A DNA stretch of 64,000 nt from the human T2T-CHM13v2.0 reference genome, Homo sapiens: NCBI RefSeq assembly GCF_009914755.1, contig NC_060947.1; one strand, written 5' to 3'. Below are positions 44,978 through 58,828 of this stretch, piece after piece. Position numbers and translations under genes: made by a program. Position 1 is the stretch's first letter, and every line of letters begins with the position of its first letter. The notes under the pieces were generated by a model. The model did not search any database. It had not been told where the DNA came from and was given only the letters and a program-made list of their open reading frames with translations.

Positions 44978-45420
44978 TTAACTTTTATTTTAAGTTCAGG
45001 AGTACATGCGCAGGTTTGTTATATAGGTAAAACTGTGTCATGGGGGTTTATTGTACAAATTATTTAGTCACCAGGTATTAAGCCTTGTACCCATTAGTTG
45101 TTTTTCCTGGATACTCTCCCTCCTCCCAACCTCTACCCTTCAGTAGGCCCCAATGTGCATTGTTCCTTTCTATGCATCCATGTGTTCTCATCATTTAGCT
45201 CCCACTTATAAGTGAGAACATGCAGTATTTGGTTCTCTGTTCCTGCATTAGTTTGCTTAGGATAATGGCCTCCAGCTACATTCATGTTCCTGCAAAGGAC
45301 ATGATCTCATTCTTTTTTATGGTTGCATAGTATTGCATAGTGTATATATACCACATTTTCTTTATTTGGTCTACCATTGATGAGCATTTAGGTTGATTCC
45401 ATGTCTCTGCTATTGTGAAT
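44978..45420 (-). mobile_element. Short L1PA 3' end
   Basis: 'ttttaagttcaggagtacatgcgcaggtttgttatataggtaaa...gctattgtgaat'; TSD tgaactttt. Confidence 0.9.
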
Positions 45421-45943
45421 GGTGAACTTTCTTGCCTTGCTGCTGATCTTTGAGGTAAAGCATTCAGTCTATCACCATTATATATGATGTTAGCTGTGAG
45501 GTTTTCGTAAATGTTCTTTACTAAGTTGAAGAACTTCCTATTTCCAATTTGCTTTTTTTTTCTTTTTTACCATGAATGCATGTTGTATTTTATCAAATAT
45601 TTTTGTGCATCGATTAGTTCGATCATGTGATTTTTCTTTTTTAGCATGTTGATATGGTGGATTACACTGAGTGATTTTCAAATATCAAATTTATCTTGGA
45701 TCCCTGGAATAATACATGCTTGATCATGATGTGTATGATTTGTTTTATATGTTGCTGGGTTCTATTTGTTAATATTTTGTTGAAGATTTTTGCACCAAGA
45801 TTCATAAGAGAAATTGGTCTCAAGTTTTCTCTCTCTCTCTCTTTTTTTTTTTTGGTACTGTCTCTGTTTTTCATATTAGAGCATCATAAAATGAGTTGGG
45901 AAGTGTTTCCTCTTCTTTTATTTTCTGTAAGAGATTGGGTAGT

Positions 45944-46245
<302 letters not shown>

Positions 46246-48232
46246 AGATTGGGTAGACAGAACTGGTGTTAATTCTTCTTTAGATATTTAATAGACTTTA
46301 CCAGTAAAATTATCTAGGCATGAAGATTTCTTTTCCAGAAGGTTTTAAATTATGGATTTGATTTTGTTAATAGTTATTGAAAGATTCAGATTATCTTTAT
46401 TATATTGGGTAAGTTTTAGTATTTTGTGCCTTTTCAGGAATTGAACTATTTCTTCTAAATTCTCAGATTTATATGTGTATATTGTCTGCAGTAGCCCCTT
46501 ATTATTTTCCTTATGGCTGCAGGATCTGTAGTATATCTTGTTCCATTCCTGATATTGGTGTTTTGTCATCTCTTTCTCTTTGTCAGTCTTCCTAGAGGTT
46601 TACCAGTCTCGAAGAACCAGCTTCCCCAGAACTACTTCCTTCTGACTTTCATGCTTCCAGGTGACAAATACACTGTCATTTGAATTGTTGTTCCTCTGTA
46701 AGTAATGTCTCATTTCTCTCTGTCTGCTTTCAAGATTTTGTTCCTTGCCTTTAGTTTTCAGGGGTTTCATTATGATGTGTCTTTTCACATATTTCTGTAG
46801 GTCTATTCTATTAGGATTTGCTTAGCTCCTTGAATCTGTAAGACTATGTCTTTCTATAAATTTGGGAATTTTTCAGACATTATTTCTTCAAATATGTTTT
46901 CAGTCCCATACTGTTTCTTCTCTCCTTCTGGAATTCCAATGATACAAGTGTTAGATCTTTTGTTATTATCCCACAGGTCCCTGATTCACTTTTCCTCCAG
47001 TTTTCTCTCTGTTGTTTGGATTGGGTAATTTCTATTGATTTATCTTTGATTTCACTGAATCTTTCCTCTATTATCTCCAATCTGTTGTCGAGTTTGTCCA
47101 GTGAGTTATTTATTTTTTCATTAATTTATTTCAGTTCTATAATTTCCATTTGGCTCTTCTCAGAATGGCTTCTATTTCCTTATTGAATTTTTTCCTCTTT
47201 TTTATTTGTTTCAAGAGAATTCATAATTGCTTGTTCATGCATTTTTATGATTTGTGTTTTAAAAAGATTGTCAGATAACTCCAACATCTGGGTCATCTCA
47301 GTGTCAGCATTTGTTGATTGTTCTCATTCAAGTGTGATTGTCTTGACTTTTGGTGTAATGAGTGATTTTCTATTGTATCCTGGACATTTGGGGTATTGTG
47401 TCAGGAGAATCTGGTTCCTATTTAATCCTCCTTATTAGCAGGCAGCCATCCTATTTAGGTGTAGTGCTAGTGCATCGGTCCCTGGGAAGGTGGATATTCG
47501 GCTCCCCATTGGGCCCTGCTGACATCACCCCAGCGAAAGTGATTGATAACTCACACTTCCTCATTGCAGATGGGTGGGGTGGAAGTCCAGCTCCTTCCCC
47601 ACCTTGATTCTGTGGCAAAAGCAGATCACTGTCTCATTCTGCCTTATTCTACTTGTTGACACTGGGTGAAGGTGGAGACTAATTTCCTCACTGGGTCCCA
47701 CTGACCCAAGGTTGGGCAGCAAATCAGAATGCAGACCAGACCCACTACACCCCTACCTTGTTTCGTCTCATTGATGCCTAGTTGCAGGTGGAGGCTCACC
47801 TGTCTGCTGGGCTCTGCTGGCCTGACCCTGGCAGAGAGATCAGAACACTGCCTGCTTCCTCTGGGTCTGGGGTGGAAGATGAATTCTTTACTCAGCCTTG
47901 CTAAAACCATAGGGGCTGGTGCAATTTTTCAACTGGTGTTTGGCTGGACTAAGGCAAGTATTTTCAGCTTCTTTTCTATTCTGTCAGGCCACCCTTTTCC
48001 CAGTCTTTTGGATAGGGGGAGCAGGCTTCTCTTGGAGCCCTTTTTTCTCTGTCTGTTGGCAGTGCTGGGTTACAGCACCCTTCTCCAGCACCCTGTCCAG
48101 GATACATGGGAGGCAATGGGGAAATCCAGGGGACTCACCACCATGAAAGCCTCAAGTCCCGAGGTCTTAAGATAGTCTACCTTCTTTCCATCTTTCAGAA
48201 TCTTCCTACGCTTGTTTGTTGTGTTAATTTCA

Positions 48233-48239
48233 GTGTGTG

Positions 48240-48280
<41 letters not shown>

Positions 48281-48545
48281 AGAGACGGAGTGTCTCTCTG
48301 TCACCCAGATTGGAGTTCAGTGGCATGCTTATGGCTCACTGCAACCTCGAACTCCTGGGCTCCAGCGATCCCCCTGCCTTAGCCTTCTGAGTAGCCGGGA
48401 TGACAGGCACATGTCACTATGCCCAACTAATTTTAAATGTTTTTTGTAGAGATGGGGTCTTGTTATGTTGCCAGGGCTGGTCTTGAACTCTTGGCCTGAA
48501 GTGATCCTCCTGCCTCTGCATCCCAAAGTGTTGGGATTGCAGGCT
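48233..48545 (-). mobile_element. AluJ with (TG)n tail
   Basis: Antisense Alu preceded by (TG)n. Confidence 0.9.
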
Positions 48546-48616
48546 GTTCAGTAATTTTTAATTGTGAAAGGGAGGACCTGGGAGGAATGGGCTACTCCAT
48601 TTTCAATCAGAAGTCA

Positions 48617-48738
48617 GCTCATGCCTGTAATCCCAGCATTTTGGGAGGCTGAGGCAGGTGGATCAATTGAGCCCAGGAGTTTGAGACCAGCCTGGGTGAC
48701 ACAGTGAGACCCTTGCCTCTCCACAAAAGGAAAAAAAG
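48617..48738 (+). mobile_element. Alu monomer (FLAM-like)
   Basis: Left-arm-type monomer ending 'gtgagaccctt' plus short A tail. Confidence 0.85.
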
Positions 48739-49010
48739 AGTTTGAGCTCCCCTCATCACTCCCCACTCTTAAAAAAATAAATCAGATTTTTTAAAGATTA
48801 TTTTCGTATGCTCCTAAATTTGAAAGTGTATTCTGTAAGTGGGTGGATAAAATAATGTCTTTGCCCCTAGCTCTGTTGTCCTTCTTTTAAGTATGTCAGT
48901 GTGGATACATTGGTGTGGGTAATGATGACAATAACAAAACTAACAGTTACTGAATTCGTACTAAGTGCCAGGCACCGTTGCAAGCACTTTCCATTAAGAA
49001 ATGCCTGTCA

Positions 49011-49333
49011 TAGGTCCATAAGCTTATATCTACGATTCCAAAATCCAAAAGGCTCTGAAAATTGTAAGTTTTAAAAATGGATTTGACGGCAAATCTGTCT
49101 TGAAATGGCATTAGGCTATTTATGGTCTTTATTTATTCTATTTAATGTGAAGATACACACATTTCACTGCAGAAATATTAATGTGTTTTCTAATGGGATA
49201 TTACCTCAGACCCCATTAGGGATGTTAACAAATACAGAGCATATATACCATGTTATCTTTCTAAAAGCTAAAAATTTCTGAATTCTGAAATGTAGCTGGC
49301 CCCCAACGGTTTTGGATAAGGGATTGTGGACTG
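49011..49333. mobile_element. Old Tigger-type MITE
   Basis: Imperfect terminal inverted repeats 'aggtccataagcttatatc' / 'ggataagggattgtggactg'. Confidence 0.55.
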
Positions 49334-50369
49334 ATTCTAGCTTATGGGCCTCCCTCAAAGATTCCATTAAGGGAACATTTTCACTAATGCTTTCAAAGCT
49401 CTTTTCAAATTATAACTATGGTAATAAAAGTGAACACAAAAGTAAGAAAGAGGTAAACTCAAGCAAATAGGCTAAGCAAATGTCTATTCTATCAACAACC
49501 CAATCTCCCTCTCAGGTCATAGGGTAAATGTCTGATCACAGTCTGGTGATACTAAACACTATGACCCAATTCTTTTAATAATCAAAATGCAAGCTTGCAC
49601 AGGTCTAGTGGCACATACTCCAGGAGGAAGTATTAAAACTATTGATGGAGGAACCCAGGGTCATAAGTCTACCTTGTCTTCACTTATTTTAGTCTTCTGA
49701 GGTGGCAGCACACATGAGAATTCTTAGTTACAATAAGTTATTTAACAATTAACGTTAACCCACTGATATAAAGACAAGAGACCAGGCTTACATGCACAGG
49801 TCCCTAAACTAGAATATGTCCTGGCAGCTAAGCTCAGTTCCATTGATCTGTGTGGAGAGCTATATTCATTTCATTTATTCATTCATTCAACAAGTAATTA
49901 CTGAGAACCCACTCTATATGAGCCACTGGAATAGACACTGTGGACCCAGAAATAAACAAGATAGACATATTCTCAGATGTATTTGTCAAGCAACATCTTG
50001 AGCTCAAAGTAGAAATTAAATAAAGGATGTTTGTGCTGCTTCTAATTTCCTGAAGATTGAATTATTCATTCTATTAGCCAGTGAGTTTCCAAAGTGTCTT
50101 ATGATGTGGCATATCCACTGGGAAAAGCATGAAAAAGAACACTGATTACAGTTCTACTGACATAGTGCTGTATCTTCACAAGATAAGAGAAAAGGGGAAA
50201 GGGAATAGCTACCCTCCCAGTGGTTAGATCAATATGGTCATTTATTTTCCTCTCAACCCTACTTTGAAAGCCCTGACTCATTCCTAGAGTGTACAGGCCT
50301 CCCTTCTTAACAGGCAATGTTAATTTGACGCCCAAGAGAGGCTTAGATACATTTCTAGGCCCTAATATT

Positions 50370-50545
50370 CGTTCTCAACTCTTGCTGCACATTAGAAATC
50401 ACCTTGAGAGACTTTTTAAAGCGTGGATGCTAGGAACCCACACCAGACTAATTGATTCAGAGCCTCTGGGGCTAGGCCTAGGCATAGGTGTCTCTTAAAA
50501 GAGCCTCAGATGATTCTGAGGCATCATGAGGACTAACAACCACTG
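50370..50545. mobile_element. MER5A
   Basis: 'gttctcaactcttgctgcacattagaaatcacc...gatgattctga...aaccactg'. Confidence 0.8.
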
Positions 50546-50808
50546 TAAATCTATGCAATCAGTGGGTGCATCTGTTGTTTATGCACCCACTGATCATGGT
50601 TGCATAAACCCAGTCTTGTGAACCGCATTGTATAACCAGATTTTGTTAAGGTTTTTCCTACTACGTGCCAGGCGCTGTGCTTTACACACATTGTTTTGTT
50701 TTATCCTCACAAAGTGTTAAGTCAAGGGGCGACTCGAGAGATGGGGGCTTTATCTGCCCTCCCCTACCTATCTCCATCAGATGCCTTAAAACAACATATA
50801 TATATACA

Positions 50809-50897
50809 TTCCACTACTCACCTCCCCATATATATATATGGGGAATATACATATATATGGGGAATATATATATATGGGGAATATATATATATATGGG

Positions 50898-50943
<46 letters not shown>

Positions 50944-50960
50944 GGAGGTGAGTAATGGAA
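50809..50960. repeat. AT-rich palindrome with unique 19-bp arms and internal GGGGA(AT)n units
   Basis: TTCCACTACTCACCTCCCC(AT)n ... (AT)nGGGGAGGTGAGTAATGGAA, 1 mismatch. Confidence 0.93.
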
Positions 50961-51219
50961 AAAAAAAACACTGAAAAACACTGTACTTGCTAGGATATTC
51001 AAGATAAGCTCCCATTGGCTGTCCCCTCTAACTAAGTCACTCCTATATGGAAATCCAAGAGCTGCCACCGCCTTAAAACAATTCTGTGAGATGGGCATTA
51101 CCATCCCCATTTTACAGGTGAGAAATAGTTGAGTCACTGGATGGTTAAGTGATTTGTCCAAGGCCACGTAGCTAGTAGTAGAGCTGGAGCCATTTCTATT
51201 CACCAACTTTTCAATCCAG

Positions 51220-51570
51220 TGCAACAGACTGGATAGTGTCCCACCGAAATTCATATGTTGATGCAGTAACCCCTAATGTGACTATATTTGGAGATAGGAC
51301 CTATAAGGAAGTAATTAAGGTTAAAGGTTCAATGAGTCATAAGGGTGGGGAACTCACCTGATAGGATTAGTGTCCTTATAAGAAGAGACATCAGAAAGCT
51401 CATTCTCTCTCTCTCTCTCATAAGCCAGGAGGAGAGTCCTCACCAGGAACTGTCCCTGCTGGGCCTTGATCTGGGACTTCCAGCCTCTAGAACTGTGAGA
51501 AAATAAACATCTGTTGTTTAAGCCCCCAATCTATGGTGTTTTGTTATGGCAGCCCAAGCAGACTAATACA
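51220..51570 (+). mobile_element. MLT1A-like MaLR LTR
   Basis: 'aaattcatatgttga...tatttggagatagg...gttatggcagcccaagcagactaataca'. Confidence 0.88.
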
Positions 51571-51852
51571 GCTAAGACAGATATCATTCAGTCTTAGTTG
51601 TTACTTTGTTCTTGGCACCTAGCCCAGTACCTGCACTTGGCACATGCTAGCTGCTCTGAATGAATAGGAACGTAGCAAAGCTGTGCTCTTTACCACTCTG
51701 CACATGCCTTGTCCCAAGGTCCAAGCCCAGGCCTTCCATGTACCCCTGTTCTAGGTTTACACCTCTTCCCTGAACCTGGCATTCTACTCAGGACTCTGGT
51801 TGTTATAGTCTGACTCAGCCCATTGCTGGGTCACCTATTCGCTCCTGCTTAA

Positions 51853-52453
<601 letters not shown>

Positions 52454-53048
52454 TAATGTCAGAGGCTAATTTCAGGCTATTATCGTGCTGTGGATAATTA
52501 GAGATCAAAAGAAGCAGGGCAGGTTGCCTCATAAGGGAATTAATGGGCATAGTGAGTACAGCTGGTGCTTCTGATGGTTTTTTTTGACCTGGCAGATGTA
52601 AATAGTTTTGTCAAATGTCATTTTGCTAAGAGTGACTTGGCTCATTTTGCTAAGAGGTGCTAAGAGTTTGGCTCCATTTTTCCACAATTCACTCCCTGAC
52701 ATTTGGTTCATTGTGCCAGGACTCTTTTAAATATACTTACATGCAGGTGGTGCTGGTTGTCCAGACCCAGCTCAGTATGAAACATCCACCTGCTAGCAAG
52801 AGGGACCCTGGAACAAGGTGTACGGCCAATCATCCAAGGCTGCAGGGGATACCCAGGAGAAAAGGTCCCTGGGAGTTCAGGGAATTTTCTCGTGTAAAAT
52901 TTGAGTTATATTGTTAACTGTTTTAATTGGTGGTGCTGGGCTATTTGTATGGCCAGTTCTAAGGTGTCCTATAGTTCCAAGACACTTTTCCCTTAGATTT
53001 AGTGGTTGAGGATACCTAAAATCTTGAAGTTTCTGGTACCAGTGATGA

Positions 53049-53136
53049 GTCTGGGGAGGTGGAGTTGTCTTGTCTGGGGAGGTGGGGCTGTCTTGTCTGG
53101 GGAGGTGGGGCTGTCTTGTCTGGGGAGGTGGGGTTG
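53049..53136 (+). repeat. G-rich 23-bp tandem repeat x ~3.8
   Basis: GTCTGGGGAGGTGGGGCTGTCTT units. Confidence 0.93.
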
Positions 53137-54540
53137 AATTTGGCCCCGGGGCCCTTATCAGCACTCTTTTGTTTAAAGGGCTTATTTCATGTTAGGATGT
53201 GGTAGATTGTGGTATTGAGACTGGCCTGATGGTTGACCAGTAATCCCTTCAGGGCCTCTTTTACAGGGCCTGCTTGTCCAGTTAGGGGTAGCGGGGATGC
53301 CCTGAAATTTGGAGTCCTTCTCCTGATAAATAGCTGTCAGGCATGTGCATCTAGGGAGGTCTTTACAGGGCTGGTAAGGGCATTTCTGCCTTCTAGGCGT
53401 TCACCAAAGTGGTGGACCTACTGGACCATACCAGTTCCCTTGAGCAGTTGTCTGCCTTCTCCTAACGAGGTCTAGTTAGTAAGGGCCCTGACACTGAGTA
53501 CTACTGTGCTGGGGTGGGCTCTTAGTTGGGCCACAAAACTCCAAAGTAGGAGAGAGGGTGTCTCTTCAGGGAATATTGTATTTTGGACAGGCCCCTTTTA
53601 AGAGGTCAGTAGGAGCCTGCAATATGTTGCTAACTAACAGGTCACGTGAGATACTTATCACTTGGTGGATCTCAGAAGGGGACAAGTTTAGCTCACAGCC
53701 ATTGTTGAAGAGGTATAATAGCCAATCAGTCCCTTTTTCATTGTTCATTTGCATGTAACCTTTAATTAGATTTTGAATTTCCAATAGGGTCAGATGTTAG
53801 GTTTTACTTTGCATTCCTGTTTCTTACCCTCTAGTTGCTATCTTGTGGCTGATTACGAGGTAAGCTGCTGGAACTTTTACTTCTTGTTGTTCATGGTGGT
53901 GGGCTTCCTCCTCTGAGGAGTCCCAGTTTATATCCTCTGAAGCAGCGTTGCCTTCCTCGGCTTTCAGTTTTGCCATGGCAGCCAGGGTGTGTGATTTCAT
54001 GTTAGATAGAGCCAGCACCTTAGCATGCTGGAATTCTGGAGCACAGCACTAATACCCAGGCTCCTTGGCAGCCAGTTGTGCATTGCAAATAGGATGCAGT
54101 GGTGACCTGAGGCCTCTTTGGCAGTGAAGGATTTGGGCATTCAGGGCTGGATTGCATCAAAGATTTTGTCACAGGGCACCAACGATGGGTCTCTATACCT
54201 GGGCGAATTTGGGTCTTTGTGACAGAGGCAGAGGCAGCCATAATAGCAAAAGCCGTTAGGGCTTTGCAGGGTTCTCTGTAGCTACCCCCCTTAAGTGGAT
54301 ATGGACCTCAGCATACTGCAGTCACAACAGCCAAGGGGAGCCCCACCAGCAACAATTGACGGGGAGCCAAGGCTTATGTGAGACAATGCTACTTCACCCG
54401 GTCAGAGTAGCCTGGCTCCTTCTGCAATCCGGACTAGGTAGGACCCTACCAATTAGCAGAGTGCACTGCAACTAAGGGTGAGTGTTCGCTAGCAGTCAAG
54501 AAAGCTGTTCCAAACCTTTGGGGTCTTTGTGCTTACCCAG

Positions 54541-54967
54541 AGATATGGTTTGGATATTTGTCCCTGCCCAAATCTCAGGTTGAAATGTAATCCCCAGTGT
54601 TGGAGGTGGGGCCTGGTGGGAGGCATTTGGATTATGGGAGTGGATCCCTCATGAATGGCTTGGGCCATCCCCTAGGTGATAAGCGAGCTCTCCCTCTGAG
54701 TTCACACTAGATCTGGTCGTTTTAAAAGTGTATGACACCTCCTCTCCCTCCCCACTCTCTCTGTTGCTCCTCCTTTTGCTATGTGATGTCTCTGTTCCTC
54801 CTTCATTTATCACCATGATTGTAGCTTCCTGAGGCCTCCCCAGAAGCTAAGCAAATGTTGGCACCATGCTTCCTGTACAGCCTGTAGAACTGTGAGCCAA
54901 TTAAACCTCTTCTCTTTGTAACAGTCTCAGGTATTTCTTTACAGCAATGCAAGTACAGCCTAACACA
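54541..54967 (+). mobile_element. Solo MST (A/B) MaLR LTR nested in the ERVL remnant
   Basis: 'gatatggtttggatatttgtcc...aattaaacctctt...cctaacaca'; perfect 5-bp TSD CCCAG. Confidence 0.93.
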
Positions 54968-55088
54968 CCCAGCTAGTAAGCCAAGAGCAAGAAATGAATT
55001 GCAAACAGCCTGACCTCCATGTCTTTCTGTCATGATCCCACCACATCATCCTTGCTCTTGCTGGCTCCTCTTACTAGTCTCTGATACC

Positions 55089-55767
55089 TGTTAACAGTTT
55101 CCTGTCAGCCCGTCTGAATTTCTCTTGTATCTCACCAGATTCTTCATTGCCCCACTACTAGCCCCCACAGCCGTCCCTTCACCCTTACTCCTCACCCCCC
55201 ATCAGAGGGCACTTCTTTTGGCACAGATATTGATTCCACCACCCACTCACCAATTGCCTGTTGTGGTCACACTTTGCCTGCTGGGCTGGCCTTTGCTCCA
55301 GGTCTGAAGTAAAGAAAAGCAGAGGTCTTTACATCCAGTGCTTCCAAGTATCACCAGCTTGTGCTTGTCTCCGGCTCTACCTGGTCCCACTGTTTCCCTT
55401 GTGATGCCCCTCAACCACCACAGCCCAGGGCAGCTCAAGCACACCCAAGAAGTCAGTCCACCAAGACTATCCACCCCTTCTTTGGCACCAAAACTGGGAA
55501 TGGAGAACTTTCTGGAAGAAGCCATACAGAGAAGGCCCCCTTTAAAGCACAGAGGCCCCACTCACCTTCAGGATGTCTGGCTCTGGGATGATGTGACCAG
55601 ACCACTGGCCATAGCTAAAAGGAGCTAAGGCAGATTGCACATGCCATCACTGCCAGGCAAAGTGAGCCACTTTCCTGGAGGCGTTCCACTGGTCCCCTGG
55701 CAAAGTGCCAGGGTACCCAATACTGAGAGCTACTACCTGGTGATCTAAGAGCCGAGACAGCTTCACA
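55089..55767 (-). mobile_element. Putative 5' LTR of the ERVL remnant
   Basis: TG...CA termini; minus strand reads ...TAACA|GGTATCAGAG (PBS-like) into the gag-bearing region. Confidence 0.35.
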
Positions 55768-55779
55768 GACATAAAAATA

Positions 55780-56030
55780 AGGGAAGGAAGGCAGAGAAGG
55801 AAGGAGAGTGGCAAGAAGGGAGGGAGAGAGGAAGAAGGGGAGGAATGAAGGGAGGAAGGGAGGGAGGAATGAAGGGAAGAAGGGGAGGAATGAAGGGAGG
55901 AAGGGAGGGAGGAAAAAAGGAAGGGAGGGAGGAAAAGAGGAAGGAAGGAAGGAAGGGAGGGAGAGAGAGAGGCAGGAAGGAAGGAAGGAAGGAAGGGTAG
56001 GTGGGAAGGAGGGTGGGAGGGAGAGAGGGA
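55780..56030 (+). repeat. Polypurine (GGAA/GGGA)n tract
   Basis: ~250 bp, almost pure G/A. Confidence 0.95.
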
Positions 56031-56682
56031 CTGGACTCACACCACGACTTCCACTCTCCTGTCCCAAGCAGACACAGAGGGCTGCAGCCACCTTAACCTT
56101 AGTCTCTTCTAAGCAGTTTAGGGCTGGGCCACGTCCTGCGCACCAGGCTTCCCCTGAGTGCCGGGAGGATCCCAGGGAAGGGTCAGTTTAGGTCATCCTT
56201 GCTTTGCTGCACAAAGACATGGTTGGGAACACACTACAAAGCAGGCCCTACAAAATTCAAGAAATCTGAGCCAAGCACCCCTGTTCATCACAAATTATCA
56301 CATGTGTATTTCTGCCCTGATACCTGCTGGCCCTTGAGAGGGGCAGTCTTTCAATGGAGACCCCATGGTTAGAGATAATACACATCCACCCTATCCAGCA
56401 GGGAAAAGTCACCCTTGACCTAAGGCATCCACTGAAGTCTGCTAAGAGGTAAGGTCACGGTCTACACTAAAAAAGCCCCAGGACATAAAGCCTGTGAGGA
56501 GAGAACAAGGGGCACTGGAGAAGGGGTCATGGCTGATCAGCCAGCGGTTGGGCAAGGCTGGTGGAGCTGTTCAACCAAGGTTCTGAAGAACAAGATCTGG
56601 CACCCCACATGGGGCCTGGTTTGGCAGGGAGGAAGTACACTGTGTGCAATTTCCTTCCTGATCTCAGGCTATGGCAGCCACA

Positions 56683-56915
56683 CAGGACCAGCTACATAAT
56701 TTGCAGGGCCCAGGAAAAATTAAAACGTGGGACCCCTTGTTCAAAAATTATTAAGATTTTCAAGATAATGACAGCATAAAACGTGGGACCCCTTGTTCAA
56801 AAATTATTGAGATTTTCAAGATAATGACAGCAGAACATGAAACCAAACATAGGGCCCTTCTATGCAGTGGGCCCTGTGTAACTACCCAGGTCATGTGCCT
56901 GTAAAGCTGGCCCTA
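56683..56915. mobile_element. MER45-like hAT-Tip100 MITE with an internal 56-bp tandem duplication
   Basis: Terminal inverted repeats CAGGACCAGCT / AGCTGGCCCTA; 56721-56776 repeated at 56777-56832. Confidence 0.75.
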
Positions 56916-58462
56916 CAGCTGGAAAAGCCTAGAAATGTTCAGAAAGAGCTGCCAGAGGGAGAGAAGGGTGAAGCCCTTATTAGCAGAAAGTAGGAGAGGC
57001 CCACCTGTGGGGTGTCAGGTACCAACTCTTCTATCGGGTATAGCCAATAGAGGTAAGGGACTGTCTCCTTGGAAAAAGAGGGTGAACTCTAGTCCTCAAG
57101 AGCTATCCTCTCACAGAAAATGGGACCATGAAGCAAACTTGGGGTGGGAGGGCCCTAAAGGCCAGTCCCCAGGCCTGCCCCTGTGGTATCCTGCTTCCCA
57201 ATGCCTTAGCATGGAGGAAGGGGGCATGCAGGGTGAAGTGAGGGAAGGGGGATTTTGACCTTGGCATCCAGGCCAATGAGTAGGAGTAGCGAATAGTGGA
57301 AACTATTAAGAAGAAAGAGGCAAGGAGGAAGATAGGCCAAAGGCTGACCCCAGCAACCAGAGGAAATATTCCTTTTAAGCATGGGCTCATTCATTTTACT
57401 GGTTTTGGTTTTAGAGACATCCTTATAAAATGGGACAGGGGTGAGAGTGAAGGGAAGTAAGATGGATGAGAGGTGGCACAGGTACCCTTAAACATGGCTA
57501 GCATTAGAATGAGTTGTAGTCTATGCATAATTTGCAGGGCCCATTATAAATCAGCCAAACTCTTTCTCTCTGTCCCTACTTCAATTCCATCATTGCCAAT
57601 TCAGTCCTAAGGTAAATAATACTCAATTATCCCAGGGGTGCTTACTTCTTTGGACCCTTTTGAAAGCCCTAAAATAAGTCATCATTAACTAATCAATTTC
57701 CCTTATGAAGCAACACATGCTTTTCCCAGGGACAAAGATAAAGCAGAAAAATGAAGAAGAAGAAAAAAAAAACAAAACCTTAGGTACACCCAGCCTCTGA
57801 TTCTGCGTAAAAGACACAGAAATAGCAGTAAAGGGAGAAAGGAAGGTAGGTATAGAGTGAGTGAGTCTATTGGCACAATAGAAAAGGGCTGGAAAAGACA
57901 TGCTCGAAGGGACAGGGCAACAGCTCCCCCATTATTATTTCTACCACAGAATGCTTTCAGAGGTCCCTAAACAGGGGCAGCCTTTTTGGCAAACCAGCCT
58001 CTGAGCTGCCTACCAGCCCATCACACAAAGCATGGATCACTATTGATGCACAATTTTCTACCACAAATCACCACCCACACTTATGCTTCCACATAGTTAA
58101 AGCTTGAGGATGATAGAAAAGCTGTGAGTAATTCCAGGCGGCTGTCTCTGTAAAAGAAAGAACACAGCTGCTGTATCCCAGAAAAGGGATCTCCTACACC
58201 CTGTGTTCGGGGCTGACACGTGTTCTCCAATGTTTCTATAATACTGTGGAGGACTAATGTCAGAGCTCCCTATCTGGTCTTCACATTAAGCCTCCTCCTA
58301 CATGGACAACCCCTATGAAGGGGCAGCTTGTGTGGACAGGACAGTGACTCTGTCTCTGTTGTTCCCACTGTTCTCTTGACTAATACCGAATCTCTCCATC
58401 TGGGTCATCCAACTCATTCTCCCTCTGGGCTTCTTCCAAGCTACCTAGCAAGGGAACGATGT

Positions 58463-58828
58463 CTCTTGATCCATCTCCCTTATAATCAGTGCACAATTGC
58501 TCCTACTGGAAAGAAATCAGGCTCTGGAAAAATGGAAAAGCTGATGGTACTTTCAGTTCCCAGCATCATAGGAAACCCTAAGACAGCTATTCAATTTCTG
58601 TCTCTCAGAGAGGAGAGATCTTCAGAGGCCACAGGTGCAAAGAAGCAGAGGCCCATGAACTAGGTTCTAGACCTCACGAGGCAGCAACATTTCCTCCACC
58701 TCTTCCTGCTTTCTGTGATTCTCCTTTTGCAATGCCTTTCTGCGCATCAAGTAATGGGAGGATGACTCTTGTTCTGCCCCCCTAATAATCAGTGCACATC
58801 TGCTTCTGTTGGAAATAGATCAAGCTCT
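58463..58828. repeat. Diverged direct repeat, 63-bp core, copies 303 bp apart
   Basis: 58463-58525 vs 58766-58828, ungapped, ~14 mismatches, shared ATAATCAGTGCACA. Confidence 0.85.

Noticed and set aside
50665-51254. ORFs with IYIYIY runs
   Set aside because: (AT)n artefact
55615-56191. PSF-rich and GRKE-rich ORFs
   Set aside because: Translation of the polypurine tract
57526-57543. 18-bp match CATAATTTGCAGGGCCCA to 56695-56712
   Set aside because: Similarity does not extend; chance or a tiny MITE remnant
58482-58497. CAGTGC loops suggesting iron-responsive elements (also at ~58790)
   Set aside because: The five bases flanking the loop do not form the required IRE upper stem
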